Notes: a model not told the origin generated them from the sequence alone. Counted from the first letter of the stretch, positions 41,043-51,644 are shown. The stretch: 64,000 bases of DNA from a bacterium (GCA_043811375.1 JBDRNJ010000004.1:104538-168537), one strand, 5' to 3'. Translations and numbers: made by a program.

Positions 41043-44000
41043 TTACGGACAGGCTGGCGGTGCAGAGCCACTCTGGAAGAGATAGGCAGTCAAGTAAGTA
41101 AGATCCCCCACATTTATAACGTCTGCACCGTCAACATTACCCTCATCGTAGCAGGGCGGTTCTGGCCCACCCTGAAACAAGTATGCAACTAGATAGGTTA
41201 AGTCGCCAGCATCGATTTGATCCCATCCGTCACCGTCAACGTTGCCTCGAATAGACTGACAGCAGGGCAAGACCGTTATCGAGTCTATGTCATATTTGTA
41301 CCACTCATCGCCGGCCAAAGTGATCGTGGCAACTCCGCCACTCGTGAATGTTGTCGTGAATGATACCACTCCGTAAGAGTTGGTGTGCTTCACCTGATAG
41401 ACGTCATCTTCCTTCATCAGGCAAACAGGCATGTTGATAACTGGCTTCCAAGTTTCCGATTTAACCGTATCCACAACCTCTATCTCGCTTCCGGAGACAA
41501 CCGTGTCAAGGTGATACTGTAAAGGAGTAAGTGGACCATGTGTCCAGATTCGCATCTGAGGATCGCCGGAAAGAGTATAGCCCATGACGGCATGACGGCC
41601 AGCCCCCTCCCGATGCGGCTCGAGATCGGCAACCTGCTTTCCGAGGTTTAGGAGGTCGCCTATTTCTTTGGGACCATTGCCGAAAAGCTGGCCGAAGAAC
41701 TCTCTGGTCAGCACATGGCTTCGGAGCACAAAATCGTTGTACGTTGAACCAACGTATGCCACTGCCCCGCCCGTAGCGTGCTTCATATAGCGTTCTGCTA
41801 TACTGCTGTCCTGGTCAAGCCGGTGGTTCCAGCAGGTAGCTGAAAAAACAACTGATGGCTTGCCAAAGTTGTGCAGGGTGTCCACATTCTCGGCTAGCAG
41901 GCGTTCATGGGTGCCCTGAACCCGTAGCATGTACTCCCTCTCATGCCCAGCCAGTCCATGCTTGACAACCATGGCCTTTCCGGCATTCATGGCCTGAAAG
42001 TAGTTGAGCAGGGAGGCGGTGCCACCGGGTCCATCGTACAGTTCCGTTATAGTGAACACACCCGGGAATAAAGAGATGATATCTTCGCTGGCACGCTGGC
42101 CGTCACCATCCTGAAACATGTGAGACCCAAGGAAAAGCGCTTTGGTTTGAAAATCAGCGCTGTCAGATGACTCATAGGCGTCTAACTTGGCAATGTAGTT
42201 GTCCACTTCAGCTGTAGTCGAGAAAGGAAGTCTGCCGACAGCTACCTCGGGAGTGAGATCAACGCTGTCTTCCACTTCCCCATATAGGGTGTCGGAGTCG
42301 TAATTCCAGTCACCATCCAAACAGGCGAAGTAGTAATCGCTTATGAAGATCACTCCTGGCCCACTCAGATCGTTGTAGGCAAACCTAAACGGGACAACAG
42401 TTCCGTCCCCGCCCAGGATAACCCACTGTAGGTACTTGTTCTGATAGTAGTCTTTGATGCAGGCACGGACTTTGGCCTGAAGGTCTTCTCCTGAATAACC
42501 CGTGGCTATGTCCTGCACTGTCACAATCTCAGTCTTGGTGCCTCTCTTGGTCTTCAGGTCTGCAAGCGGCTGAAACGCAGATGTCAGGCTATCGTCAGTG
42601 ATGATGATGGATGGAACTGAATCACTGCTGCGGGTAGTCGCCATTGATGTATTGACAATATCGAGCATAAACCCATAAGCATCAACTCTTCCAGCACCAA
42701 ATACTTCATCGTGCGTGCCGGATAGACCGGTCCTGTCGGCAGTGGCCTTGAGAAGTGATACAATGTGGTCGACTGGCAATTCGCTATTATAGCCCCGGGC
42801 CAGGGCTACTATCCCGGCCACCACTGGCGCTGCAGCAGATGTACCAAAAAAATTCCCGTACCCATTTAAAAGCGCCAATGTAGGAATACCCCAACCCGGC
42901 GCCGCCACATCAACGAAGTCCGGAATAGAAGGATCACAGGTATCACAGCCGTGATTGGAGTTCACTACGTTACCATACGCGGAGTGGCAGGTCACGGAGA
43001 TGCAAAGGTCGGTCCAGACTGAAGGTGCGCTGACGTATGGTGGATTGCCAGGTTCAAGATTCCCTGCAGAGCATATGACAGGAACCTCAGATGCCTTGGC
43101 CTGCACAAGTACATCGTGGAGAGCAGTGTCAGTTATTAACCAGTGCCAGGTCATACTGATAATGTCACACCCGTCAGTGAGCGCAGATACAATATCCTCA
43201 GCTCGAGAGAAAGTGTCTACGTCATCTCTGAAATTGTAATCAATGTACTCCGCGTCAGGAGCTACCCCGCGGACTCCAAAACCATTGTTGGTGTGAGCCA
43301 GAATTATTCCTGCGACTGCCACGCCGTGCCCAGGATCCCCGGCGTAGATGGACCCGTCTCCACAACAGTGCAGCTTCCCTTCTAATTCATAATGGTCTGG
43401 GTCAACACCGAGATCACTGATGCCGACTATAACGGGCCCTCGGGCGCCGTCTGCAAGAAGGCTCCAGGCACACTCCAGATTGGCACCACCCTGACCCACC
43501 GAATCTCGCTTCTTGGTGTGCCACCATGGAGCCCCATAAGTATCATTGGGAATCCACGGATTATCGCACAATGGCCCGCAGGTACTGTCGAAAATAGCTC
43601 TTGGCACAGGTCCGACATTGGTAAGCTCTCTGACGGCATCCAATAATGCCACCACAGAATCCACCGTACTGTTACGGTTGAACAAGATACCGAAATGTTT
43701 GGAGAGGTCCGGGACAACAACCGTTTTTCTTCTGATCCGGTTCCAGACCAGCGTATCATAGGGGACTGACCTGGAGAACCTGCGCCCAAGGGCATATACA
43801 CGGGCTTCAGCCAGGCAATCGATGAGGCCGCTACTAGTGATCTTAAGGCCCTCCATATGGGATTGTTTGACCACAGTTTCGGTTACACCGTTTCGCACAA
43901 GGGAATCCACCTTCAGTGCGCCAATAAATCTCCACGGGGGCAAAGTTTCCCTGCAGTCAAGGCAATCAGTTGTGTCAAAGTAGAGCTTGCTTATTCCTGC

Positions 44001-44162
44001 TGGGAAGAAAACGACAGAATAGTCCGCCTTGAACCGGGCCATGCCAAGATGATGTTCCAGAGGCTCCTGAGTGGAGCCCAACGCGCTGGATCCAAAAACA
44101 GCAATACAGACTCCAGCGCTAAGAAGGAGTCGTACCACTCGTTGTAATATGTTACTTAACAT
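41043..44162 (-). CDS. secreted S8 peptidase-C25 (gingipain-like) peptidase fusion with dockerin-like tail
   Basis: S8: ISDLG, GHGVAVAG, GTSAAAP; C25: ILGGD, SDYYFACLDG, VAVGRLP, SATC, LSGDP. Confidence 0.85.
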   Translation of the reverse strand: MLSNILQRVVRLLLSAGVCIAVFGSSALGSTQEPLEHHLGMARFKADYSVVFFPAGISKLYFDTTDCLDCRETLPPWRFIGALKVDSLVRNGVTETVVKQSHMEGLKITSSGLIDCLAEARVYALGRRFSRSVPYDTLVWNRIRRKTVVVPDLSKHFGILFNRNSTVDSVVALLDAVRELTNVGPVPRAIFDSTCGPLCDNPWIPNDTYGAPWWHTKKRDSVGQGGANLECAWSLLADGARGPVIVGISDLGVDPDHYELEGKLHCCGDGSIYAGDPGHGVAVAGIILAHTNNGFGVRGVAPDAEYIDYNFRDDVDTFSRAEDIVSALTDGCDIISMTWHWLITDTALHDVLVQAKASEVPVICSAGNLEPGNPPYVSAPSVWTDLCISVTCHSAYGNVVNSNHGCDTCDPSIPDFVDVAAPGWGIPTLALLNGYGNFFGTSAAAPVVAGIVALARGYNSELPVDHIVSLLKATADRTGLSGTHDEVFGAGRVDAYGFMLDIVNTSMATTRSSDSVPSIIITDDSLTSAFQPLADLKTKRGTKTEIVTVQDIATGYSGEDLQAKVRACIKDYYQNKYLQWVILGGDGTVVPFRFAYNDLSGPGVIFISDYYFACLDGDWNYDSDTLYGEVEDSVDLTPEVAVGRLPFSTTAEVDNYIAKLDAYESSDSADFQTKALFLGSHMFQDGDGQRASEDIISLFPGVFTITELYDGPGGTASLLNYFQAMNAGKAMVVKHGLAGHEREYMLRVQGTHERLLAENVDTLHNFGKPSVVFSATCWNHRLDQDSSIAERYMKHATGGAVAYVGSTYNDFVLRSHVLTREFFGQLFGNGPKEIGDLLNLGKQVADLEPHREGAGRHAVMGYTLSGDPQMRIWTHGPLTPLQYHLDTVVSGSEIEVVDTVKSETWKPVINMPVCLMKEDDVYQVKHTNSYGVVSFTTTFTSGGVATITLAGDEWYKYDIDSITVLPCCQSIRGNVDGDGWDQIDAGDLTYLVAYLFQGGPEPPCYDEGNVDGADVINVGDLTYLTAYLFQSGSAPPACP

Positions 44163-44351
44163 AACTTTCTCCTTACTATGAATCTATAATTAGAGTTCTA
44201 ACAGAACGAGGAAAGATGCGGTAAACAACACATCGCATCAGCTAATTGAGAGGAATAGGAGGTCCACGTGGTCGAACCACGTAGTGCAATTCGCACACGC
44301 TGTACATAGTAGAAGCCTATTCTCCTCGCGCCTGAGGTGTGAATAAGTTGG

Positions 44352-46745
44352 CTACTTCAGCAAGATCATTTTCTTCGATTTCGACGAGTTGTCTGCGCTC
44401 ATCTCGTAGATGTAAACACCGCTTGAAACAGGTTGACCTTGATCATTCGTTCCGTTCCATGGAACGGTATATCTGCTGGCCGGATGGTGGCCCTGCACTA
44501 ATGTCATTATCCGTTGGCCAAGCAGATTATACACACTGAGATCAACGAAGCTGTGGTAACGTATATCGTACTCGATGATAGTACATGAATTGAACGGATT
44601 AGGGTAGTTTTGATGGAGTTCATATGAGTCTGGCAAGCCAAGACAGGGTCGGTCGGGGTTTCCTTGACAGACACCTCCAAGGATCTCCATTGCTATCAGA
44701 CTGTAGTAATCAGCGACATATATTTGTTGGCCAATCGCGTCGATCGCGTGGCCGCTGCCTGGCATGTTCGATCGGTCCGCCAGGAAGGGTGATGAGGGAT
44801 TAGAGACACATATGATCTGCATTCCTGACCTTTGGGTGGTCAGAAACACACAGTTACCAGAAGCACTCAGACCGGAGATATCATCCACCCCAGTATATAC
44901 TCCCGCCAGTACGGGCTGGTGTGGGTTCGCAACACATATGATTTGGAAGGATGGCCCTCCTCCACTCAAGTACAGGTAGTCTCCGCTGCTCACAATCCTG
45001 TTGAATAAGACCTCGGTACCAGGCGAGGGATATGTGGCAACTCTGACCGGCAGGGATGGCGTAGAAATATCGATGACCTGTAGACCAGAATACCGGTCAG
45101 CAACAAAGGCAAAACTATCACGGATTATTATATCCGTCGCCCAATCCGGTGTGTCAAAGCGGCCCGCCAGTTTCGGGAGGTGTGGACTTGAAACATCTAG
45201 AACCAGCAAACCGGAGGGGCCATCTGCTACGTAGGCATACTGTCCTTGATGTGCCACACCTCCAGCCCAGCCGGGACTATCATAGCGCGAGAGCACTATA
45301 GGCAGGGCTGGTTCTGAAATGTCAACCACAGTGAATCCGGATTCAGCGGAGGCAGCATAGAGATAGTCACCACATGCGACAATATCCTCCACCTTGGTTA
45401 TCGTGTTGATACAGGCCAAGCGTCTCATAGCACTGGGATCAGCAATGTCAACAACAGTGATTCCCCCGGACACATCAGCAACATAGGCATAGGTATCGGT
45501 CAGCGCCAAGTCAACCGCATACCCGGACTCGCAATAAGCGCCAAGGAAGTGCGGTATCTGGATGTTGGTCACATCAAATAGAATCAGGTCTGGATACTGA
45601 CAGGACGTGTCGCAAAAAGTCAAGCTGTCAGACACTTCCTCTCTGTTACCACACAGGTCTACGCTGTAATCATCAGTTGTAGGTGGATTATTCGGCCTGT
45701 GTATAACCAGCAATAGATCACCGAAAGGAACTGTCTCCAGCGCAAATCCCGGTGTGTAATAGCAACTAACAGGCATTGGTGATTCCGGATCGGAAACATC
45801 AAGGATGAAGACTCCCGACAGACCTGTCCCCAGGAATGCGTAGCTGTCCGAAACTGCTACGTGAAAAAGGTTACCATCGAAAGTGTAGCTTGACACCAGT
45901 CGCGGCAAGGATGGATCTGCTATGTCGAGGATAGTCAATGCCGAAAAACTGGGCGGCAAACCGCCGGATTGGTCAGCTACATACAGATGATTATCGGCTA
46001 TATCCAAGTCTGTGGCCCAAAAAGGCGTGTTATAACGAGCCACTTGAACGGGTGCACTTGGTGATAAGATATCAATGATCCACACGTCGCCGGCAGCAAT
46101 GAATGCGTAACCACCGTTGATTTCTATGTCTTTGGGTACATATCCCTCGACACCTGGGAGCGGGAAGCTGTCAACAAATAGCGGAGACGAGGGGTCTTCA
46201 ACGTTGAGAATGTCAATACGGGTACCACAGGCGAGGAACACATTGTTGTCACAGACAGCGATTGCATACCCGGTGCACCGGGTCTCGTATCTGCCGATTC
46301 TGACAGGAACGGACGGGTCGGAGATGTCCAGCACTTCCATCCCGGAACTCCTCATGCCAACGAACAGATAATCGCCAGATTTGGCTATACTGAATCCACC
46401 ATGCTCCAGGTACGTCTGGGAGACAAGTAGTGGATAGCTGGGATCAGCGATGTCGAAGATGCTCACACCAGAGACCATCGCACAGAACGCGTAATGTTCC
46501 TCAACGACAACATCGCGAATCTGGCTCCAGAGTGTGCTTCCAATGTAGTTGAGGGTCACATTGCCCCCGATCTGAGAGGAAGCTGTAACGTCTGAAAGCT
46601 CAATGCTACAATACACTGAAGAATCAATATTAGCGGACTCCACCCCCGATTCGACAACTTGTTCGCCAAGAGCCAACACATGCAACGCCAAGACCAGCAA
46701 CACGCATGGAAAGCTGATCAGCTTGCATAAACCCACTGATTTCAT
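44352..46745 (-). CDS. LVIVD-repeat protein with FlgD-Ig/secretion C-terminal domain
   Basis: YAYVADG.SGL.V.DIS.P repeats; QNYPNPFN...SSGVYIY...KKMILLK. Confidence 0.88.
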   Translation of the reverse strand: MKSVGLCKLISFPCVLLVLALHVLALGEQVVESGVESANIDSSVYCSIELSDVTASSQIGGNVTLNYIGSTLWSQIRDVVVEEHYAFCAMVSGVSIFDIADPSYPLLVSQTYLEHGGFSIAKSGDYLFVGMRSSGMEVLDISDPSVPVRIGRYETRCTGYAIAVCDNNVFLACGTRIDILNVEDPSSPLFVDSFPLPGVEGYVPKDIEINGGYAFIAAGDVWIIDILSPSAPVQVARYNTPFWATDLDIADNHLYVADQSGGLPPSFSALTILDIADPSLPRLVSSYTFDGNLFHVAVSDSYAFLGTGLSGVFILDVSDPESPMPVSCYYTPGFALETVPFGDLLLVIHRPNNPPTTDDYSVDLCGNREEVSDSLTFCDTSCQYPDLILFDVTNIQIPHFLGAYCESGYAVDLALTDTYAYVADVSGGITVVDIADPSAMRRLACINTITKVEDIVACGDYLYAASAESGFTVVDISEPALPIVLSRYDSPGWAGGVAHQGQYAYVADGPSGLLVLDVSSPHLPKLAGRFDTPDWATDIIIRDSFAFVADRYSGLQVIDISTPSLPVRVATYPSPGTEVLFNRIVSSGDYLYLSGGGPSFQIICVANPHQPVLAGVYTGVDDISGLSASGNCVFLTTQRSGMQIICVSNPSSPFLADRSNMPGSGHAIDAIGQQIYVADYYSLIAMEILGGVCQGNPDRPCLGLPDSYELHQNYPNPFNSCTIIEYDIRYHSFVDLSVYNLLGQRIMTLVQGHHPASRYTVPWNGTNDQGQPVSSGVYIYEMSADNSSKSKKMILLK

Positions 46746-47497
46746 ATAGAGAAACCTCCGAATCCAGCAGAACGGGTAGCCACATCATCCGGCTCTGTAT
46801 TCGAATATAGGTGCCATACCGCCTATCTCCAAGGGATTTGTGGCCACGCTGTCGTTAGGAGGGTATCTTTGTCAGTGTAGGTGGCAACACAGAGAAACCT
46901 ACGTGACCAGCGTCATTTCTCTACCCAGAGTCTACCCATGATAAGAGACCTTCTTTGAACAGGATAAGAGACACGAAGTATCGAAGCCCGATCGCACGCC
47001 ATGAGAACCGTTTCCATTTCCATTTCCCAGGCTTATTACTCCCTCTCCTCTAACTCATCCCTAACACTCCCAATAACTTAACCCCAGAAACCGAAAGACT
47101 CCTCAGGAAACCCAAATCCAACCCGCAATTCACAGAATCACCGAACAAACTGTCAATCTTCCACTCAACCGAGACAATAAACCTCAGGTATTCCCGGCGC
47201 GAAGCGCCGGGAAACATCAATTTCCGTCCGAAGGACGGCAATCTCTAAGACCCTCAAAATCCAAGAACACTATAAAAACCCACCGCTACCAATACTCGTA
47301 GAACCACCCATGAACCATGTCATTCCAATCCGAAATCAGCCACCTAATCCTCAACTTCGCACCGGCGCTTCGCGCCGAGTACTCAATTCCCAGCCGCTGG
47401 CTCAACCAATCCTCTCTAGCTGAGTCTGGCCGTAGGCAGACCATCCTACTGCCTCGCGCCATCTTTCTTCAAAATTCTCGGCTCCCGTATAACTGAA

Positions 47498-47538
47498 GAA
47501 AAAGAAAAAAAGAAAAAGAATGGAGAGAGAATCTCTCC
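47498..47538 (-). terminator. hairpin plus long oligo-T terminator
   Basis: Minus strand GGAGAGA-TTC-TCTCTCC then a T-rich tract right after the 47539 stop. Confidence 0.7.
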
Positions 47539-47970
47539 TTATTGAAAGCCCCTGTAAAGGGCCATCTTAGTCTCTTGAAGCACGCACATTAGTTTGTCAA
47601 CTTCTGCCGCGTTCAAGAGCGTGAGCTTCTTATGTTCCCACTTCTCGCCATCCTTTGTAAAGGACTTTTCGACGACTACACTGGGAACGCTTCTGCCATC
47701 TCTCTCATGAAGAAAAACAGCACTTCCAAAAGCTCCAATCTTGTGCTTGAAAACCGGTTCCTTTGAAACCTGAAGCACATCTTGGTTGTCTGCCATTGCA
47801 CAATCACCTCCTTTCAGTTCTATTGAATCTGCAAGTCCAAGATCATGGGCACAGAGATAACAAAGCCCTGATTCATAAGGCTCAAGTACCATATCACAGC
47901 CTGGGCAGGCCTGTGCCTGATCCAGACATAAAGCCTGCTGAAGAACCTGGTCTAGAGTCCTGGGGATCAT
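47539..47970 (-). CDS. PC4-like putative ssDNA-binding protein (internal start 47796) with in-frame upstream CxxC-CxxC segment
   Basis: PVFKHKIGAFGSAVF...KSFTKDGEKW; SD GGAGGTGA before MADNQ; upstream CPGC..CYLC. Confidence 0.55.
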   Translation of the reverse strand: MIPRTLDQVLQQALCLDQAQACPGCDMVLEPYESGLCYLCAHDLGLADSIELKGGDCAMADNQDVLQVSKEPVFKHKIGAFGSAVFLHERDGRSVPSVVVEKSFTKDGEKWEHKKLTLLNAAEVDKLMCVLQETKMALYRGFQ

Positions 47971-48143
47971 GCTAAACCCCCAAGGACCAATGAGCAATGC
48001 TCCTTAGCTCCTTCTGCAAGCAGTTTCTTTTTCTTATCTGCAGGCAGTGAGCTGCACATAACATCCATGAGACGCTTGACCGAATCCAACTCTTCTCGTG
48101 AGAACCGACCTGGACTTTCTGTTGCTGAAATACTTTGTTTCAT
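47967..48143 (-). CDS. 58-aa hypothetical protein (not in ORF track)
   Basis: SD GGAGG, MKQSISATES..., TGA overlaps next ATG. Confidence 0.55.
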   Translation of the reverse strand: MKQSISATESPGRFSREELDSVKRLMDVMCSSLPADKKKKLLAEGAKEHCSLVLGGLA

Positions 48144-48490
48144 CTTTCCCTCCTGTATGAATTTAGTTTTGTCATGGCCTGGCTTCGACCAGCACTGGGA
48201 TAGATATGTTTTTCAGCCAAATGTCTTTGAGAATGGAAGGCCTGTTGAGGTAAACCACAACAGCCTGACTTCCAAAGGCAGACGCGACGTTTGAGTCAAA
48301 CCGAAAAACTTACTCAGCCCAGTGGAAGGCATTAAGACAAAACTAAAGAAACATGAGGAAGATTGAATTAAATGGACATCAACAGAGAAACCAGGGGGAA
48401 TGAGAAGACGAGTTCGGCGCAGAGTCATGAATGTTGAAATTTGCTGCTGCAAGACTGATCTGAAAAAAACTGCTGCAGGGCATTATGTGC

Positions 48491-49759
48491 TCATTGGCCT
48501 TGATGACCAGCAGATCCAGTACTCAGAGATTCTCCAGACAGAACAAGGTCAAACCCCCTTTTCATATCATAGGGGATGTTTCGAGATTCTGCTTTTTGAG
48601 CCAATGAAGCTAATAAGGACAGTACACCTTTGCCAGATTCAAGTGCCTGAAGTTGTGATTGGAGCTTCTGAAATTGATCTGAAAGATCAGAATGTGACTC
48701 CCTCAGAAGCGCAAGCTCTTCACTGAGACCCAAGCTCTCCTTCTGTGCCTTGGAGATTTCATCCGCCTTAATTGCATTTGCAGTCTCCTTCTCAGAGATG
48801 CCTTCTCTATCAATGTATCTATCCACCATGTCACTGGACATTGCCCACCCGTATCTATAGCAGAGCTGATATCGGTTGAGCTTGTTGGCATAGTATGTTG
48901 CTGAGCTGTGCCTGAGCATGTGAGGTGTGACTCTGCGACTCAGTACTCTCCTTCCAAGCCTACTAATCAGCATTCTAACAGCCGCGTAGGACATAGGGAA
49001 AAGCTGGGCATGCGGGTTGTCCTTCAAAGGATGCTCTGTAAGCCAACCTTTCAAGTATCTAGTTGATAGAGGCGCAGATACTGTTCGAGGCTTGGTCTTG
49101 CTGAATTCCAAGCGGATCATAAAGCAGCCTGTTTCTTCTTTCCAGAACAGATGATCAGCTTTCAGCCTGACATTCAGTAGTTCTTCAATCCTCGCACCAC
49201 AGTCAAACAGCACCATTAACAAGGCTTTGTCTCTTGGATTAGAGGACCTTTCAATCAACAACTGCACATCAGCCCTGGACAAGGCTGGTATTTCTTTGAC
49301 AGGGGCGTAGGTCTCAATCCACTCCACGAGTTCTGGATATGTCTTGTTGTCGCCATCTTTCCATTTCCAGAACTTCCTTATAGCTTTTTTGATTCCTGCC
49401 TTTGTCTCATCGCTAAATGGCCTGCCTTTCTTGGTTTGGATGGCATCGGACTCCAAACGCTCAACAAACAACTCCATGTCATTCTGAGTAATGGCATCGA
49501 AAGGCTTTGTAAACTCACGGCACATAATCTTGAAGTTCGCCAAGTACTTCAGGCATGTAGCAGGGCCAATTCGTTTCTTGGCTCTTCCAATGACTGTCTT
49601 CCCGAGTCTACAGTCTCGAATGAATCTCAGAATTAAATCACGATTCTCTTGGTGAATAATGGTATCTCGCACTAGTCCTGCGAGAGCCTTCTCTAAGTAA
49701 ACAGATGACTTGTGAATGTCGATCTTGCCTTCTGCTGGGATACTGAGATTCTGCTTCAT
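48491..49759 (-). CDS. tyrosine integrase, archaeal-type signature
   Basis: GARIEE, SKT, HPLKDNP, HMLRH, YGW..SSDMVDRY; C-terminal coiled coil. Confidence 0.88.
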   Translation of the reverse strand: MKQNLSIPAEGKIDIHKSSVYLEKALAGLVRDTIIHQENRDLILRFIRDCRLGKTVIGRAKKRIGPATCLKYLANFKIMCREFTKPFDAITQNDMELFVERLESDAIQTKKGRPFSDETKAGIKKAIRKFWKWKDGDNKTYPELVEWIETYAPVKEIPALSRADVQLLIERSSNPRDKALLMVLFDCGARIEELLNVRLKADHLFWKEETGCFMIRLEFSKTKPRTVSAPLSTRYLKGWLTEHPLKDNPHAQLFPMSYAAVRMLISRLGRRVLSRRVTPHMLRHSSATYYANKLNRYQLCYRYGWAMSSDMVDRYIDREGISEKETANAIKADEISKAQKESLGLSEELALLRESHSDLSDQFQKLQSQLQALESGKGVLSLLASLAQKAESRNIPYDMKRGFDLVLSGESLSTGSAGHQGQ

Positions 49760-49797
49760 TATCATGGATAGGCACTGATCCACTTAAGCTTTGTCCC
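49760..49797 (-). promoter_or_regulatory. archaeal-type BRE/TATA-like leaderless promoter
   Basis: GGGACAAAGC-TTAAGT, 28 nt from motif end to ATG. Confidence 0.55.
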
Positions 49798-50220
49798 TGA
49801 AAATGAACAGATCCGTTCTATGGCCCCGAAGAACCGAGAACTAAACTGTTATGATCAGGAACATGTGGTGTCGTTTCCGACGACGATTGTACCTGTGTGC
49901 AGGTAGAAAGTGACTGGAGTATTTATACTTTTCGGTTGATCATAGATTTTCCTGATTGCCTCTGTTTTCGAGCAGAGCAGCTGAGCGCCCACGCCGAGAC
50001 GTGAGTACCTTCCTGCACCTTCTTGGGGAGTCGTCGAGAAGTATGTAAGCATTGCCCCTAATCTGTAACAGAATCGTAGTCCGCCCCGACCGGGAGAAGA
50101 ACGAAACTGTTACAATTCAGAGCAACAATGCGCTAGTTTATCGTCGATCATGCCTGTTTATAGGTAGGAAGACGTTGAAGTATCTATACTTTTCGGTTAG
50201 TACATTAAGTTCGCCCGGCA

Positions 50221-50436
50221 TTACATTGCGCCAGCAAGCCTGGGGGGCACCCACTGGACAATAGAATGTCTTACCACATCTCTCTGCGCGAATTCTGAGG
50301 CAATTAGAAACAAGGATTGGCTGAGTTGGCTGCCCAGGATCTCCCTAACCACGCCGCCGTATCGGGCCGATAGCAGTTTGGAGAAATCCTGAGGTCTGTA
50401 CAGTATCGAGTCATCAATCCGTGGCAATATGATCAT
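50221..50436 (-). CDS. 71-aa hypothetical protein coupled to the TIR gene
   Basis: SD AGGAGG and ATGA overlap with TIR stop. Confidence 0.5.
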   Translation of the reverse strand: MIILPRIDDSILYRPQDFSKLLSARYGGVVREILGSQLSQSLFLIASEFAQRDVVRHSIVQWVPPRLAGAM

Positions 50437-51602
50437 GTGTCCTCCTGATTGCGCAACGAGACGAGAACCCGTTCGAGTCCACGTCGGAATAGAGACTTGT
50501 TATTAGCCCATCCCCGGAAGTCCGCTGCTAATCGACTTCTAATCTGGGGTGCTAACCCAGAATCCCAGCCCGTAAACAGGTAATCATCCAGATTTAGGGG
50601 AATCAGAACCAGGATTTCTTTACTGTCACGAGCACGCAGAAGCCGCTCCTTCTCTAATGCCGCAAGGATCTCAGTTTCAACCCACCAGCTATTGAGTGAG
50701 GCCTCCGAACAGCACAATACAACTTTGTCTGATCGGCGGATAGCACGGCCAACCTCCTGATGAATCCGCTGGCCGGGAAGCAGATGATGTTCATCTATCC
50801 AGCACTGAATTCCCCGTCGCCGAAAGGACCTGTGCAAACGATGTGCAAACACCGTGTCCTTGTGAGAATAAGACAAGAAAGCGGAACCAGACATACCACT
50901 GGGGGGAATCAAGTCACGAAAGACCTGTATGTATTTGTCATCCGGCAGCGAATTGCGCAGAAAGAGTTCAATCTTGCCCTTCAACTCTGAATCGCCATGG
51001 ACAGCTTGGGCTGTAATATCCAAAGACGTAAGGGAGATTGCACAGGGGGAGTCATGCTGCATCTCGTCCAGTTCCAAAGCTAGGGAGAGATTGACGCCGT
51101 CAAGCGTGGTGTTGCCCAAAACCGCGCGAGAAAGATGACATCCCCTAACATCAACATCGACGATAGATGCCTGCTGTAATTGGACACCTCGAAGATCCGC
51201 ATGCGCAAGGACGGAGCCAGTCAGATTCGCAGACCGCAAGTCGGCCCATCGGAGATTAGCACCGGTAAGATCAGTGGATGTTAGATTGGCGCCCGCGAGG
51301 CTGCAACGGTCGAGAACGGCGCCACGCAGGTTAGCGCCTGTCAAATCGGCCCCATCCAACTGCACGTCGGATAGATCAGCACCGCACATATTCGCGCATC
51401 TGAGATTAGCAGCGATAAAGCTGGCAAGGCGCAGATCCGCGTCCATGAAGTCACTGCCTCGAAGATCCTGACCATTGAATGACAAGATGGGCATGGGCAA
51501 GTCATCCATTAGACGTGAGGCCTCCGAAGAGGCACGTAATGCCAACGCCTGCGTCCGAGAGGCCGGCTGTCCGTTCAATAGACTTTCACAAAAGTGCTTC
51601 AC
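50433..51602 (-). CDS. pentapeptide-repeat + TIR-domain protein
   Basis: ADL/ANL repeats; FLSYSHKD, CWIDE, SWWVETEI. Confidence 0.9.
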   Translation of the reverse strand: MKHFCESLLNGQPASRTQALALRASSEASRLMDDLPMPILSFNGQDLRGSDFMDADLRLASFIAANLRCANMCGADLSDVQLDGADLTGANLRGAVLDRCSLAGANLTSTDLTGANLRWADLRSANLTGSVLAHADLRGVQLQQASIVDVDVRGCHLSRAVLGNTTLDGVNLSLALELDEMQHDSPCAISLTSLDITAQAVHGDSELKGKIELFLRNSLPDDKYIQVFRDLIPPSGMSGSAFLSYSHKDTVFAHRLHRSFRRRGIQCWIDEHHLLPGQRIHQEVGRAIRRSDKVVLCCSEASLNSWWVETEILAALEKERLLRARDSKEILVLIPLNLDDYLFTGWDSGLAPQIRSRLAADFRGWANNKSLFRRGLERVLVSLRNQEDT

Positions 51603-51644
51603 AACATATTACTTCAGGGCTTCTGTTGTCTCACCTAACAACAC

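Noticed and set aside
44352..44640. Evidence for a type IX secretion system
   Set aside because: The tail resembles FlgD-Ig/T9SS-like C-terminal domains, but no T9SS machinery is in the window
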